Assembly (NCBI RefSeq): GCF_006345805.1
Contig: NC_043015.1
Coordinates: 28,830,001-28,894,000 of the forward strand
DNA from: Octopus sinensis
Lineage: Eukaryota
Direction of reading: 5' to 3'
DNA length: 64,000 nucleotides
Under the pieces are notes generated by a model. The model made no database searches. It saw only the letters and a program-made list of their open reading frames with translations, and was not told where the DNA came from. Within the stretch, counting starts at the first letter, position 1; each line of letters begins with the position of its first letter. This document shows positions 12,922 to 25,571 of this stretch, in pieces. The position numbers were made by a program, and so were the translations under genes.

Positions 12922-13045
12922 TGAAAGACGAAAGGTGTTCAGAATGCTGGATGGTTGTAAAAATATATATTTATTTACATATCAACATATTATTTCTTCA
13001 TATTAGCGCTTTCAACTACTCCTGTAGTTTCATCAGAAAATGTGT
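12922..13045 (-). mobile_element. Short Penelope-like 3' fragment ending in (TA)n
   Basis: Hammerhead motif followed by an AT-rich tail that abuts the (TA)n at 12901-12921. Confidence 0.55.
12999..13042 (-). ncRNA. Minimal type-I hammerhead ribozyme, intact core, degenerate stem I
   Basis: Minus strand reads CAUUUU-CUGAUGA-AACUAC(AGGA)GUAGUU-GAA-AGCGCU-A-AUAUG. Confidence 0.7.
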
Positions 13046-13384
13046 GTGTATATATATATATATATGTGTGTGTGTGTATATATACACGCGTGCATGATTA
13101 AATTCATACACACGCATTATTCATACATTAGTTGTGAAAGAAGCAACTTATAAGTAATCTTTTAATTTTTTCTCATCTTTGGGCGTTTCGCTGTCTCTCG
13201 TTAAGATTTATTATTATTATTAATTATATTTCATTAAATATGTCACCACCAACATGAGTTTCCATAGCGAAATTAATAAATAAAAAACACGGGTAGAGAT
13301 ATTAAAACAGATCTCATAACATAACAATATAAACGAAGTGGTTTAGCGCTAATGTGAAATGCAAATATTTTAATACAAGGTGCT

Positions 13385-13665
13385 TGCTAGGTCATGTGAT
13401 GCTCCACGTGGCTCTCGCCGCCAAGAGGAAAAAGATTTCCCAGACTGCAACATGAAACGCGCTCTCTCGAAAGATGGCGGAGAACTAGTGAGTAAATGAC
13501 TTTAGCTTTACATTGTTTCACCTTATTTTCTTGTCGGAAGTGTCCCGAGCCGCGGGGACGGCTCCGAAACGATCTCGCAGTCGTTTATCTAGATATCTGA
13601 AATGGAATTTTGCGCTGGCATCGGGCGCACGACACGTATTTATTGGTGCCCCGACGGAAGTTCTC
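13385..13665 (+). promoter_or_regulatory. CpG-rich promoter/TSS region of the plus-strand gene
   Basis: Locally CpG-rich in an otherwise CpG-poor window. E-boxes GTCATGTGA (13391) and CCACGTGG (13404), YY1-type AAGATGGCGG (13471), ETS-type CGGAAGT (13535, 13655) and a donor GTGAGT at 13488. Confidence 0.7.
13452..13487 (+). CDS. Candidate first coding exon (MKRALSKDGGEL, phase 0)
   Basis: ATG with A at -3, donor CTA/GTGAGT. Phase 0 is in frame with the exon at 42104, but it could equally be 5' UTR or a uORF. Confidence 0.4.
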
Positions 13666-14458
13666 ACTCAATCCTGCAATAACTCCTTAATTTCATATAT
13701 ATATATATATACCTCCTACGTTTAAAATATTCCTGTCATTCGCTTATATTGTGGTTATTTTTCGATATCGTTCCTTTCCATTAACGTTTTCCTTCTCCTT
13801 TTATGTATACCAAACTGGATCTGCATCCATTTGAGAGAGCAGCGAAGCTTATCTTATATTATATAGTAAAATGCATAGAAGCTTACCTCCAAAACTCGAT
13901 CCCCCCCCCTCCCATGTCGAGCTTACAATCTGTTGTTCTATCTTCGTTTTCTTTTATTTGTCGCATATATTTTAGCTATTATTTTTTTGTTTACGCAAAT
14001 ATCGCCTTGATATATTATTGATATACTTTTTTTTTCCCTTTGCATATCCTAATTAACCTCCAATAAATATTAATTTTCTTCAGGTTTAGCTTTCTTCTTC
14101 TCTAGCATACTTTTTTTTTTTCCGGGAAAGTCTGCATTTGTAAACAAATTCGAGATATCCTTTGAAGTTATATATATATATATATTTTAATGCTTTTTCT
14201 TCTCCAATTTTTTTGTAATTTAATGTAATTTTCTACACGGATAAAATTGATAAGATAAAAAATGACACTGCTAATTTAATTATTATTTTTATTATTATTA
14301 TTATTATTCAATTGCAGTAAGTGATAATTATTTACTCTGTTTGCAAAAATTGTTTCACTTCGTTTTTTACTGTTCGATGTTGATTGTTAACCACATTTCT
14401 ATCTATTTGTCTTTATAGTCATCGATCAAGTTCGATATCGTTTTTGTTATGATAACAG

Positions 14459-14682
14459 GAAACTGCTCGAGTCGTGGTCGTAGTCGTCATTGTGACCCCA
14501 GCCATCACCGATGTGGATGGACTCTGAGTTCTTACGAACACCTCTTTAAATGACGACAGTTGAGTGTGTGTTGACTTTAAGGACGGTTTTTTGGAATTAT
14601 AAATACACTTCTGGTTTATTCAGACATATGGAGCAACTGTTACACAATTATTTATGAAATTTTCTTGTAAAATACATCCCCG
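14459..14682 (+). other. Candidate 5' UTR or alternative exon (224 nt) with several short uORFs
   Basis: Acceptor TTTTTGTTATGATAACAG and donor CCG/GTAATG. All frames are closed. Confidence 0.3.
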
Positions 14683-16238
14683 GTAATGTACTTTTCGATC
14701 GCCCGTCGAAATGTTTTCAACAGTAATCGACTTGTGATGTTTCATTTAGTTTCTATTTAAATAATACACAATTTCCATCACTTTAAACTTCATTAATACT
14801 TAATGCAAATTATTTATAAAGCGCATCCTCGTATGTTATTGAGTTTTATTTTTCTGTTTATGTTGCACGGAAAATTCTAGTATATCCGAGCAATTGAACA
14901 TCCTTTAAGGAATTTCTGCGGCAAATTTTTTACTTAGCAATCTTAAACCGATATAAATATTAAAGTTTTTGTTAAAACTTCAGTGCATGGTCGGGTGTTT
15001 TAAAAACGGTATGAATTGTTTTAATACAAGTTAAGTCGCGCGTTAACTTTTTGATGGATAAACCGTAACTTGTATCCATTTGATGGATGTAGGAATACTT
15101 TTCTTTGCTGCAAAATAATTAAAATTATATATATATATCGGTGAGCATAAACCTGTAGTTGTGTTTAGACTGAAGAAGAAATCAAATGTTTTGCTACGAA
15201 TGAACCTGGTTCATTCGTAGAAGGGGAGAAATTTTGTAATGAGAATGCCAATGCAGTGTTAAGAAAACTTTAAGGATGTAGATTTTACAAAGATTGAATG
15301 TTCATTACCGAAGATAACGTCATTGCTTCTGGTGATACCATTACGAATAATGCAGAATATTCCAGCAAAAATAATGAAAGTATATCCTATAATGGCAGCT
15401 TTAGTAGCGTCCAACTTTATTAAAATTTGAAATGCTGGTTTTTTTTTTAGTTGTAATAAATAAATACAAAGTATATTTATAGACATCGAAGGTGATGAGC
15501 ATAATTCTAGGCATTCGCGAGATTATGCCAACTTTTTCATTTTGGATTTCGAAAATTATTTAAAAACGGGAAAGAAAAAAAAAAGACAAATAGAATCGCA
15601 ATTTTTTGTCTTGTTTTCTAATCGTAGATTTAGGGGAAAAAATTGAAATTAAAATTGCTTTTGAAAAATCGAAATCTTTAAGCTTCTAAGTAAGACATGT
15701 CGGGAAAAAACCCTCCAAAAACAAAAGTTATACGGTCTGTTTTGATTGGAACATCGCCATATATATATATTAGTACTTGGTCACCGCTCGAATGGAAAAC
15801 ATTTGTGAGGAAGTGATTGAGCAGTGTACTAAAAAATTGTCACTTTGCTATGCTTCGAATAGACATTACATTTTATACTTTAGCGAGAATGCTAATGCGA
15901 TGTCACAACTTTGGGATGTAAACTTTTATACCAACAAACCGGCCACCACACCAGTAGTTCCCAACATTTTCTAAACCTTCACCTCTTGGAAACGGTTGAT
16001 TGATTTTCGTATCCCCTTACCAAAGTAATCTTACATTTGATGAAAAAAAAAGTAAATTTTCTAAAACATTTTTTCTTATAGTGAACCACATATAGTAGTC
16101 ATCGTTCTAGCGTACAGTATTCCTGTCTTACATGGTTCAGACGGAGTTTTTATCTTGGTAGATTTTTCTACGGCTGCATGCCCGTCCTGTCACCAATTCA
16201 CACCTGTTTTCGGGCAAGGTAATATTTCTCTATGGCTA

Positions 16239-16848
16239 AGGCGGCGAGCTGACAGAATCGTTAGCACGCCGGGCGAAATGCTTAGCGGTATTTCGTCTGC
16301 CGTTACGTTCTGAGTTCAAATTCCGCCGAGGTCGACTTGGCCTTTCATCCTTTCGGGATCGATAAATTAAGTACCAGTTACGCACTGGGGTCGATATAAT
16401 CAACTTAATCCTTTTATCTGTCCTTGTTTGTTCCCTCTGTGTTTAGCTCCTTGTGGGCAGTAAAGAAATAGGTATTTCGTCTGCTGTTACGTTCTGAGTT
16501 CAAATTCCGCCGAGGTCGACTTGGCTTTCATCCTTTCGGGGTCGATAAAATAAGTACCAGTTACGGACTGGGATCGATGTAATCGACTTAATCCCTTTGT
16601 TCTTGTTTGTCCCCTCTGTGTTTAGCCCCTTCTGGGCAGTAAAGAAATAAGAAACGTTAGCACATTGGGCGAAATACTTAGTGGTATTTCATCTGTCTTT
16701 ACATTCTGAGTTCAAATTCCGCCGAGGTCGACTCTGCATTTCATCCTTTCGGGATCGATAAATTAAGTACCAGTTGTATACTGGTGTCGATCTAATCGAC
16801 TGACTCCCTCCCCCCAAAATTTCAGGCCTCATACCTAGAGTAGAAAAG
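16239..16848 (+). mobile_element. SINE family B trimer flanked by a perfect 18-bp TSD
   Basis: AATATTTCTCTATGGCTA at 16221-16238 and 16849-16866, enclosing three successive B/B' bodies. Confidence 0.9.
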
Positions 16849-17512
16849 AATATTTCTCTATGGCTAGACCTATTTTCACAGAATATTGGAAATTAATGAC
16901 ACCAGGTATGAGAGTAATACTCATTTGTGATAAGAGACACATGCACAATAGGTTCCTTTCAATTTCCTTTTGCTCAGCCAGATGTAAACAAATACCAGCT
17001 GCCAAGTGGACGTGGGTGAGGAACAAACGCACACGTGCGATATATGATGGGCTTCCTCACAGTTTCCATCGTCGTACCTCCATTTTTCCATGCTGGCATG
17101 GGATAGACGGTTTGACTGGAGCTGGTAAGATAGAGTTGCACCAAGCTTCCAATCAGTTTTGGCTTGGTTTCTATGGCTGGCTGCTGCTCTTCCTAATGCC
17201 AACCACTCTACAGAGTGTTCTCGGTGCCTTTTACATGTTATTGGCAGTCTACCAAATTCACTGTTACGGCATTGGTTGACTTTGGGCTGTAGTAGAAAAC
17301 GCCCATTGTGGCGTGCAGTGGGACTGAACCTGAGTCTGTATGATTGCAAACTGAGCTTCTTACCCATACAGCCATGCTTATGGATTTATGATCCATTTTC
17401 TGGAATCTTCGTGTCTGCTGCAGCAAAATAGATTTCAAACGATTTTGACAGAATTTCACCAATAAGCCAGTTTCTTTCTGCTCAGCAAGAGTTATGAATC
17501 CAGCATCATTAA

Positions 17513-17895
17513 CCCTTTAGCATTTAAACCGGCCAGAAGTATTCTGCCTGTTTAATGTTCAAACTGGCCAGATCTGGTCTCTCACACTAACCCTACAATA
17601 TCGTTTTAAAAATTAACAGCTACATCATTGGCGTTAGGAAGGGCATTGGCGTTAGGAAGGGCATCCAGCTGTAGAAACATTGCCAGATTAGACTGGAGCC
17701 TGGTGCAGCCTTCTGGCTTCCCAGAACCCCGGTCGAACCGTCCAACCCATGCTAGCATGGAGAACGGACGTTAAACGACGACGATGATGATGATCATCAT
17801 CATAATCTCATAGCTACAAGATAATGCATGATTAGTTCAAAGCAATGTGGATAAAAAAGGATTAATTTTGGCAGAATAATGCGAACACTAAAGGG
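17513..17895 (-). mobile_element. piggyBac-like MITE family E with an RTE 3' end inserted (17628-17795, +)
   Basis: TTAA-CCCTTTAG...CTAAAGGG-TTAA termini. The RTE insert has an 18-bp duplicated 5' junction and a (GAT)n tail. Confidence 0.85.
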
Positions 17896-19461
17896 TTAAA
17901 CCATTTTTTCAAGTGAAGAGAAATTTAAGAAGTTATTTCTTTCCACGTTTTCTCAACATAGAGGTAACTTTTTTTTTTTTGAAGCCATTTCATTTTTCAC
18001 AATCCTTCAATAAGTTTCTCTTTTTTTTATTTTTACCTTGAAGGCAAAATGACTCAATTCAAACAAATGAAAATGTTGACGAAGTAAATCCACATTTTGA
18101 ATAAATTCTTATAATTTTGATGGCCCAACTACATCACATATTTCAGAGCAGTGTCGCGAAAGTTTATCATGGCTTAAACATCCATTTCTTCATGTTTGCA
18201 TGGATTGGACAGAGCATGTTGAGGCAGATTTCCTAAAGCTGGATGCCCTTCCTGTTTCCAAGCAAGGTAATGTTTCCCCATGACCCAGATGTGTTTTTAC
18301 AGACAAATGGAAAATGAAGAATACTGTTTACATCTGTCTCACAATCTCAAAGCAAGGAGATAGTCAGCTTCTTTCAGTTTCCATCTACCAAATCTATTCA
18401 CAAGGTTTTGATTGGCCTGGGATGTTGTATGAGACACCTATGGTGCTGTGCAGTGGGACTGAAGCCAAGACCGCATGGTTGGGGCAGAAGCTTCTTAACC
18501 ACAAAGCCAGATTGTATGTGAGTATATCGTAGAAGACACTTGCCCAAGGTACCATGCAGTGGAGCTGAACCCATGGCCCAACTGCACAGTCGTACCTGCA
18601 CCTAGAAAAGGGTATTGTCAAAATGACACCACTTAGATCACAATATGGATAATGCAATATCATCAAGGCTTGAGAATGGAATGAAATTATAACATGACTT
18701 AATCTTCAAATACAGAAAAATAAAAAAAAAAAATGGTTGCAAGTTGTAGTTAATCCTTAAATTGTGGATTAAAAGAATTGCTTTTCTCTTGATTTGGGCA
18801 AAATTTACAAAATTTTCTTTCAATGCATATATTATTATGGAACATTATAATATAAAAGGTATATATAATATATAGCCTTGTTTTTTTTTCTATTTGACTG
18901 TGACTATGCTGGGATACTACTTTAAAGGGTTTTAGTTGAACAAATTTACGCCAGTATTTTTTTTTTTTAAGTCTGGCATTTATTCTATCAGTGTCTTTTG
19001 GTAAATCATAAAGTTCCAAGGACATTGACAAACCAACACCTGTTATCAAGTGGAAGTGGAGAGAGGTGATTAAAACAGACGTGTGTCATCGTCATCAACA
19101 TCGTTTAACATTTTCCATGCTGGCATACAAACACACACACGATGGGCTTCTATCTGAGGCTATAGTAAAAGGCATTTGCCCAAGGTGCGGCACAGTAAGA
19201 CTGAGCCCACAAATACATGCTTGCTACTAATTATGGCCCATTATAATATACAAGGAACATAAAACTGAATGGATCAAAATCTTTCTAGTTACTATCTTAT
19301 TTTCTGAAGGAAATATTAAATCAGTGACGCCCTAAAGAGCACTTAAATAGGGTAATAGGTTACAAGTCAGGATATCAACTGACAGCGCAAAGCATTTCTT
19401 GTCTTGAAATATTCAGAAGGTGGTTTACAGTTGTCCATTAATATTCTTCCTTTGTATTATC

Positions 19462-19690
19462 ACAGGCTTGGCTGTGCAGTTAAAGAGCTTGCTTTGCAAC
19501 CATGTGCTTATGGGTTCAGTTCCACTGCATGGCACCTTGGACAAGTGTCTTCTTCTATAGCCCTGCGACCAACCAGTGCTTTGTGAGTGAATTTGCTAGA
19601 CAGAAACTGTGGAAGCCCATTATATATATATATATGTGTGTGTGTGTAAGGTAGGACCTTCACTACCACTTGACAACCGGAATTGGTTTG
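19462..19690 (+). mobile_element. Diverged SINE A (other old A fragments at 17255-17380, 18365-18600, 19130-19230, 25575-25850, 31070-31195, 48050-48200)
   Basis: Degenerate head and CORE-like motifs. Confidence 0.65.
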
Positions 19691-20204
19691 TTTAGGCAAT
19701 AACACGGACTCCCTTTATTGAGCCTGGTTGCAGTTTATTTATTTTTGCTCAGCATCTGGCGGTTGTCTTAGAGATGCCCTGTGTCAAAAAATATCATTCA
19801 TAGCAGACGTTCTTTGCCTGTCATCCTTTCGGGGTTGATAAATTAAGTACCAGTTGCATACTGGGGTGGATCTAATCAACTGGCCCCCTCCCCCAAAATT
19901 TTGGACCTTGTGCCTAGAGTAGAAAAGAATACTATAAAAAAGTCAGTGATTAACATTTTATTTTTTTTTACTAGTATGGGAGGCAACTCTGCACATGTTA
20001 CAGCTTTATTATAGCCTCATCAACATGTGCATTTACCGGAGTAATGATTGAATAATGGGTAAGAGCATGAATGTTAGTTGGTGTCAGAAACCAGAAGTAC
20101 ATAATGAGTAAATAGATTTGCCCCACCTTAAAAACTATATTAGTGTTAACATATTTAATGCATGGAACATTAACCAGCTGACGAGAAATAAGTATGCTAA
20201 TTAT

Positions 20205-20470
20205 CGTTTAACGTCTGCTGTCCATGCTGATATGGGTTTGACGGTTTGACTGAGAACTTGCAAACTGGGAGGTTGCACTTGATTTGGCAAGGTTTCTGCA
20301 GTTGGATGCCCTTAACGCCAATCACTCTGAGAGTGTAGTCGGTGCTTTTTACAAGCCACCAGCATGGGAACCAGTTAGGCAGCACCGGCATTGGCCATGG
20401 TTGAATGGTGCTTTTACATGCCGCTGGCATAGGTGCCCATCGGCCACACTTGAATGGTGCTTTTTTACAT
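20205..20470 (-). mobile_element. RTE LINE 3' end, diverged
   Basis: CGTTTAACGTC...GGATGCCCTT..CGCCAA.CACTC.GAGAGTG family motif. Confidence 0.75.
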
Positions 20471-21094
20471 GCCTAGCATCAGCCGAGGATAAAAAAAAAG
20501 TGCAGGGTATCTGTCAGCCAATGACTAAAACTTCCATTGGCTTTTAATACCCCATGATCAGCCGAATTTGATAGTTTTGTTATGTACTTCCATTTTAGAA
20601 GTTTCTTTATTCATTGGTTGGTATAAATTAAATTAACCTGAATTCTTAGATAGAGTTATACGGGTCAACCACCGACATGCAGTTACAACGTAAAACTACT
20701 TCCTTGTTACGTAAATAAAATTTTTTTTTCTTTAGTCTGCCAATCCTGTAATTTCAGCAGCGCCAATTTAGGCCAACTTCATGTCATAAGCTAAAATAGA
20801 CACACTTTGTGTTCTATACAGTGAAATACTGTTTCTCAGAGTATACAGTGGTAAACAATATTTGGTCAACCCTTCAAAAATCATTCTAATTCCGTGGGGT
20901 GAGGACTCGGGGATCGGTATATATGCGTACAATATTGGAAATTTATACACTACATGGATATACAGTAACAAAATTGCAGAAAATGTTATTGAGTGTATAT
21001 AACTATGTAAAATTTTAAAATCGGTAAAAATTGTTAATAATTTCACTCATTTGTCGTAAATAAGATTTAGCATGATCTAGTGGAAGGTGGAGGT

Positions 21095-21508
21095 GATCAT
21101 CATCATCATCATCGTTTAACGTCCGCTTTCCATGCTAGCATGGGTTGGACGATTTTGACTGACGAACCAGATGGCTGCACCAGGTTCTAATCTTGATCTG
21201 GCAGAGTTTCTACAGCTGGATGCCCTTCCTAATGCCAACCACTCCGAGAGTGTAGTGGGTGCTTTTTACGTGCCACCTGCATGGTGGCCAGTCAGGCGGT
21301 ACTGGTAATGACCTCGCTCGAATCCTTTTACACATGCCACCAGCACAGGTGCCAGTAAGGCGACTTTGGTAACGATCACGCTCGGATGATGCCCTTTTAC
21401 GTGCCACTGGCACGGAAGCCAGTTGGCTGTTCTGGCAACGATCACACTCGGATGGTGCTCTTGGCACCCAACTTGCACGGGCACGAGTGCCAGTAAGGCG
21501 ACGCTGGT
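21095..21508 (-). mobile_element. RTE LINE 3' UTR fragment with internal repeat array
   Basis: (GAT)n tail, CCATGCTAGCATGG palindrome and repeated AACGATCACGCTCGGATGGTGC units. Confidence 0.88.
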
Positions 21509-21706
21509 GTAATTAATTATATGTCATATATTCATAAATGTTTGAAAGTACTAAGTTACCAATATCATCAGTAAGGTTGGGCCAAATTAGTGTGAAGCAT
21601 GTTTCTGGTTTTTTTTTTTTGACACTGCTTAGTCTTTAGCATTTAGATTTTTCTCGCCAAATGTAATGCTTATTTATTCACATTGTTTTGAATTAATCAC
21701 GCTTAA

Positions 21707-21929
21707 CCCTTTCGTTACTGTATTTATTTTGAGATGCTCTGTGTTTCTTTCATTTGCTTTAAATATAACAAAGAATTTAGTTAAAATAACTTAGTTATCA
21801 TTCAGCTAGTGTTAGGAACATAAATTGTGACTAAGGTTTGGTGGACGATTTTAATTCAAAACTTATGAAAACAAGACATTTGTACTACAGAGCCAGAGCC
21901 CTTTTTCAGCCGGGTTGGTAACGAAAAGG
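21707..21929 (+). mobile_element. piggyBac-like MITE family D, nested in a family E remnant
   Basis: TTAA TSD, TIR CCCTTTCGTTAC / GTAACGAAA(A/G)GG. Confidence 0.9.
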
Positions 21930-22186
21930 TTAAGAAGGTTATTAACAAATATTTGTAACTAACTTTTTACACGCAGACATGAAATTTTGTCAGCAGATGC
22001 CAATGATTCACAATTATTTATTTTCCATAAAATTGGTGATGTATATTGTTGTTGTTGTTGTTGCTTGACCACATCACCGTGATATTTCAAATGGCATTCA
22101 GAAGTCTTCTACTTTCGCTATTAAAATACTCCTCTTCACTAGGTGGAAATTCAGAAATGTATGAGTCTTCTGAAAGCAAATCATTT

Positions 22187-22207
22187 TATTATTATTATTA
22201 TTATTAT

Positions 22208-22242
<35 letters not shown>

Positions 22243-22277
22243 TTACTACTATTACTATTATTATTATTATTATTATT
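22187..22277. repeat. Compound (TAT)n(TAC)n(TAT)n microsatellite
   Basis: Directly visible. It explains the poly-Tyr ORF 22046-22492. Confidence 0.95.
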
Positions 22278-22683
22278 TTTTTACAATTTGTAAGTCTTCA
22301 AATGTAAATCCTTCCAATTTGGAATTGTCACCTGCTGAAACCATATTGGTTAAGTTGCAAGATAGCTGTTTCTGCTTAAATACAGTTGTGAAATTTTCAA
22401 CAACATGTGTTTTTTTTCCCTCCTTTCGACATTTCAAGTTGAGGTTGATTTTATTTCGTAGTTACCAATATGGCTTCAGCAGGTATTTATAATTCTGATT
22501 TGGAAGGATTTACACTTGAAGACTTATAAAATGTAAAAGAAAAAGATGGAAATAAGTGACATGTCTTGGAATGAATTAGACAAACGTTTTAATAGTGTAA
22601 ATGAAGAAAACTTCAGAACACCATTCAAAACATTATAGCAATATGATCAAGCTATACAGTACTAATAATACAGAATATTGAAT

Positions 22684-22724
22684 ACTAGCACTATGACCTG
22701 GCGTTGCCGGGTCATAGTGCTAGT
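22684..22724. repeat. 41-bp hairpin (19-bp arms, 3-nt loop) resembling a Helitron 3' terminus
   Basis: ACTAGCACTATGACCTGGC-GTT-GCCGGGTCATAGTGCTAGT. Confidence 0.85.
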
Positions 22725-23487
22725 GCATGCATATGCAGCTGTCACAGGTGCCAAGCTGTATCGGCCGTTGCCTTTCCCTTGGATTACACTGGTGGTGTGG
22801 AGAGGGGAGGCCTGTATTCATGGGTGACTACTGGTCTTCCGTAAACAACTTTGCTCGGACTTGTTTCCTGGGAGGGTAACTTTCTAGGTGCAATCCCATG
22901 GTCTGTGTCGTGACCGAAGGGGGTCTCAGCATTAATTTTTTAAACCGACATGAATTACATGGGTCTTGAAACTACATTATTTCATGTAAAGGGTCACAAT
23001 CTAGTATTAGGTATATGTGATTTAGTTCATTTGTAGTATACATTGTCACTACTTTTATCACCATTTTATGGTTTCTCACTTTGGATGTCTCATACATATG
23101 AAATACATGTCCCACTCCAGGCAGTTTATCTCTCATGGTTTTGTTGCCTGTTGCTTTTCGTTACCCTAATGTTTGTCTCCAAAGTTTGTAATGCACACTC
23201 GGTATATTGCCAAGAAATGAAGTGAAGTCTTCAGATTTCAATATTTCCGATGTGTGTTGAGAGTGTATATTCCATCCGGGTATGTGTGTGTACATGTAGA
23301 TAGAAACCATTCTTTGTGTGTATGTATTCATGACCTTTGCATGAGAGCAGGTAAAAATATAACACTGAATATATGCTACCCGCATTGATGCTCAAATTCT
23401 TGACATATCCCATTGTCTGCAGGAATGCTACTGAACACGCGTGCATGTATTCATAATCTGAAATGGCCCTCATATTTTCACACGATA

Positions 23488-24001
23488 TCTATATATATAT
23501 AAAACTGTAGTTGTGTGAGTGTCTGTCTCCTACGATTTAGATTCCTAACTACTCCCACATTTTGCGGTGCAGTTTAACCAAATTCGGGTATCTTATAGTC
23601 GTGATTCATATCGAGCCCGTCTGGGTATTAGCGCGCGTCTACGATGAGTCTACGATTTTAAAAATAATTTAACATCATTTTTTTCCATTTTAACGCATAT
23701 TTTTTCGTGTGTCGATGGCGGCGGAGTTGGCGTCCATGGTCACACCTGCACCTGTGTTGCTTCTCCCCCTTCTTCCCTCCCTCGTGAAGCTGTGGGGAAG
23801 GGAGTGTAAGGAAATCAACGTCGTAAAGCATTGTCAAGGAGACCAGCGTTCTTTTAGAACAACGACTTCATGGCTTGAAGACACCAAAATTACCATAATT
23901 TTTTATTCCATTTTTAATGCATTTTTTTGCTATAACTCACTAAAAATGCTTATATAGTTATTTCCCTTACAAACTCGAGCAACGCCGGGCGATACTGCTA
24001 G
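23488..24001 (+). mobile_element. Non-autonomous Helitron with an extra internal segment
   Basis: A/TC...hairpin...CTAG/T. Confidence 0.88.
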
Positions 24002-24194
24002 TTGAAGATAAATTTAAATCAGTTCATGTAGGAAGTAACCAGCATCTGGCACGGGAAGATTATGTCCCCTCAGCTGTAACACCCTTCTCTTCTGTCGTAA
24101 ATAAAAATGCAAATGCTGATTAGCAGCTCTTATAAAGAGCTGTGAAACTTGCTGTGTCATTTATAGTTAAATTGTATGCACCTTATATATTATC

Positions 24195-24540
24195 CGTGAA
24201 GGCGCATGGCTCAGTGGTTAGAGCATCGAGCTTATGATCGTGAGGTTGTGAGTTTGAATCCTGGACCGGGCTGCGTGTTGTGTTCTTGAACAAGACACTT
24301 TATTTCACGTTGCTCCAGTTCACTCAGCTGTAGAAATGAGTTGCGATGTCACAGGTGCCAAGCTGTATCGGCCCCTTTCCCTTTCCCTTGGATAACACTG
24401 ATGGCGTGGAGAGAGGGGGCTGGTATGCATGGACGACTGACTGCTGGTCTTCCATAAACAACCTTGCCCAGACTTGTGCCTGGGAGGGTAACTTTCTAGG
24501 TGCAATCCCACGGTCAGTCATGACTGAAGGGGGTCTCAGC
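24195..24540 (+). mobile_element. tRNA-derived SINE family G (3' fragment also at 22735-22930)
   Basis: A box TGGCTCAGTGG, B box GTTTGAATCC, V/CORE-like GTGTTGTGTTCTTGAACAAGACAC. A related copy lies at 43780-44232. Confidence 0.8.
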
Positions 24541-25354
24541 ATATATTATCCACTCTAAATAGCATGCCTCATGTCTATGTTATGCACTCTAATATTGTAT
24601 GCTTTTATTTATATCTACATGGTTATCAGTACCATATATTCGTGTGTATACATGTGTGCATATGCATGTAGATGCCTGTATATGTGTAGATCCATACATT
24701 GTTCATGACACCATGAACACTTCAAAATTATATTTCCAATCATCTAAACCACTTTGAATATTATTTTTGCAAGTTTAAAGTGATTTCTTTTGTGCTGTAA
24801 ACCATCTACCATTTCTGTGATGCCTAAGGCACATGTTTATTTTGCTTAATGGTTTATATATTTATATATACTCATGCCTTTGTGCTTGTTTGTCTCCTCC
24901 TCACCGCTTGACAACTGGTGCAGGCTCTTATGGTTAGGGTGGATCCCTATCACAGAAAAATAAGAATTAATAATTCGCCACTTGGGCCTGTAACTTTCTA
25001 CTCTATCAGAAAGCATTGACCTATTCAAATGTCTCTCCTTCCTACTTCTCTTTGCCTCCCCTGTGTTGCTTCTCTTTGTTGAATTTTTCCTTCACACTGC
25101 TTGTTGCTGCAATGTCTATTAAACTGATAAACAGCTTTCATATGTGTTTTCTTGTTTTTCCTTCTTGATCACCCAAGCACAGTCGAGACATCTGTCTCAG
25201 ATGCTTGTCGGATATCTATCTACAACATTTATTCCTGCCTTTAATATTTGTTGTTTTTGTGGCTTAGTGGCATCAATAACCATTATTAGTTATTATTGCT
25301 GTGTGACTAATGATGTTAATAATGCTTATTACTTATTTGGGGCTGTGTGCTTAA

Positions 25355-25571
25355 CCCTTTCGTTACCGTTTTTATTTTGAGATGCTCTGTGTTTCATTCA
25401 ATTAATTTTAAATATAACAAAGAATTTAGTAAAATAACTTAGTTATCATTAAACTAGTGAGCATACATTGTGACCAAGGTTTGGTGGAAGATTTTAATTC
25501 AATACTTATGAAAGTAAGACATTTGTACTACAGAGCCAGAGGCAGTTTTGGCCGGGTTAGTATCAAAAGGG
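25355..25571 (+). mobile_element. piggyBac-like MITE family D
   Basis: TTAA TSD and TIRs. Confidence 0.88.

Noticed and set aside
22469-22620. MASAGIYNSDLEGFTLEDL, a possible transposase N-terminus
   Set aside because: Too short, and no termini or catalytic motifs were found.
24198-24270. tRNA-like sequences (also 44160-44232 and 26463-26535)
   Set aside because: They continue directly into SINE bodies found elsewhere and have poor acceptor stems, so they are SINE heads.
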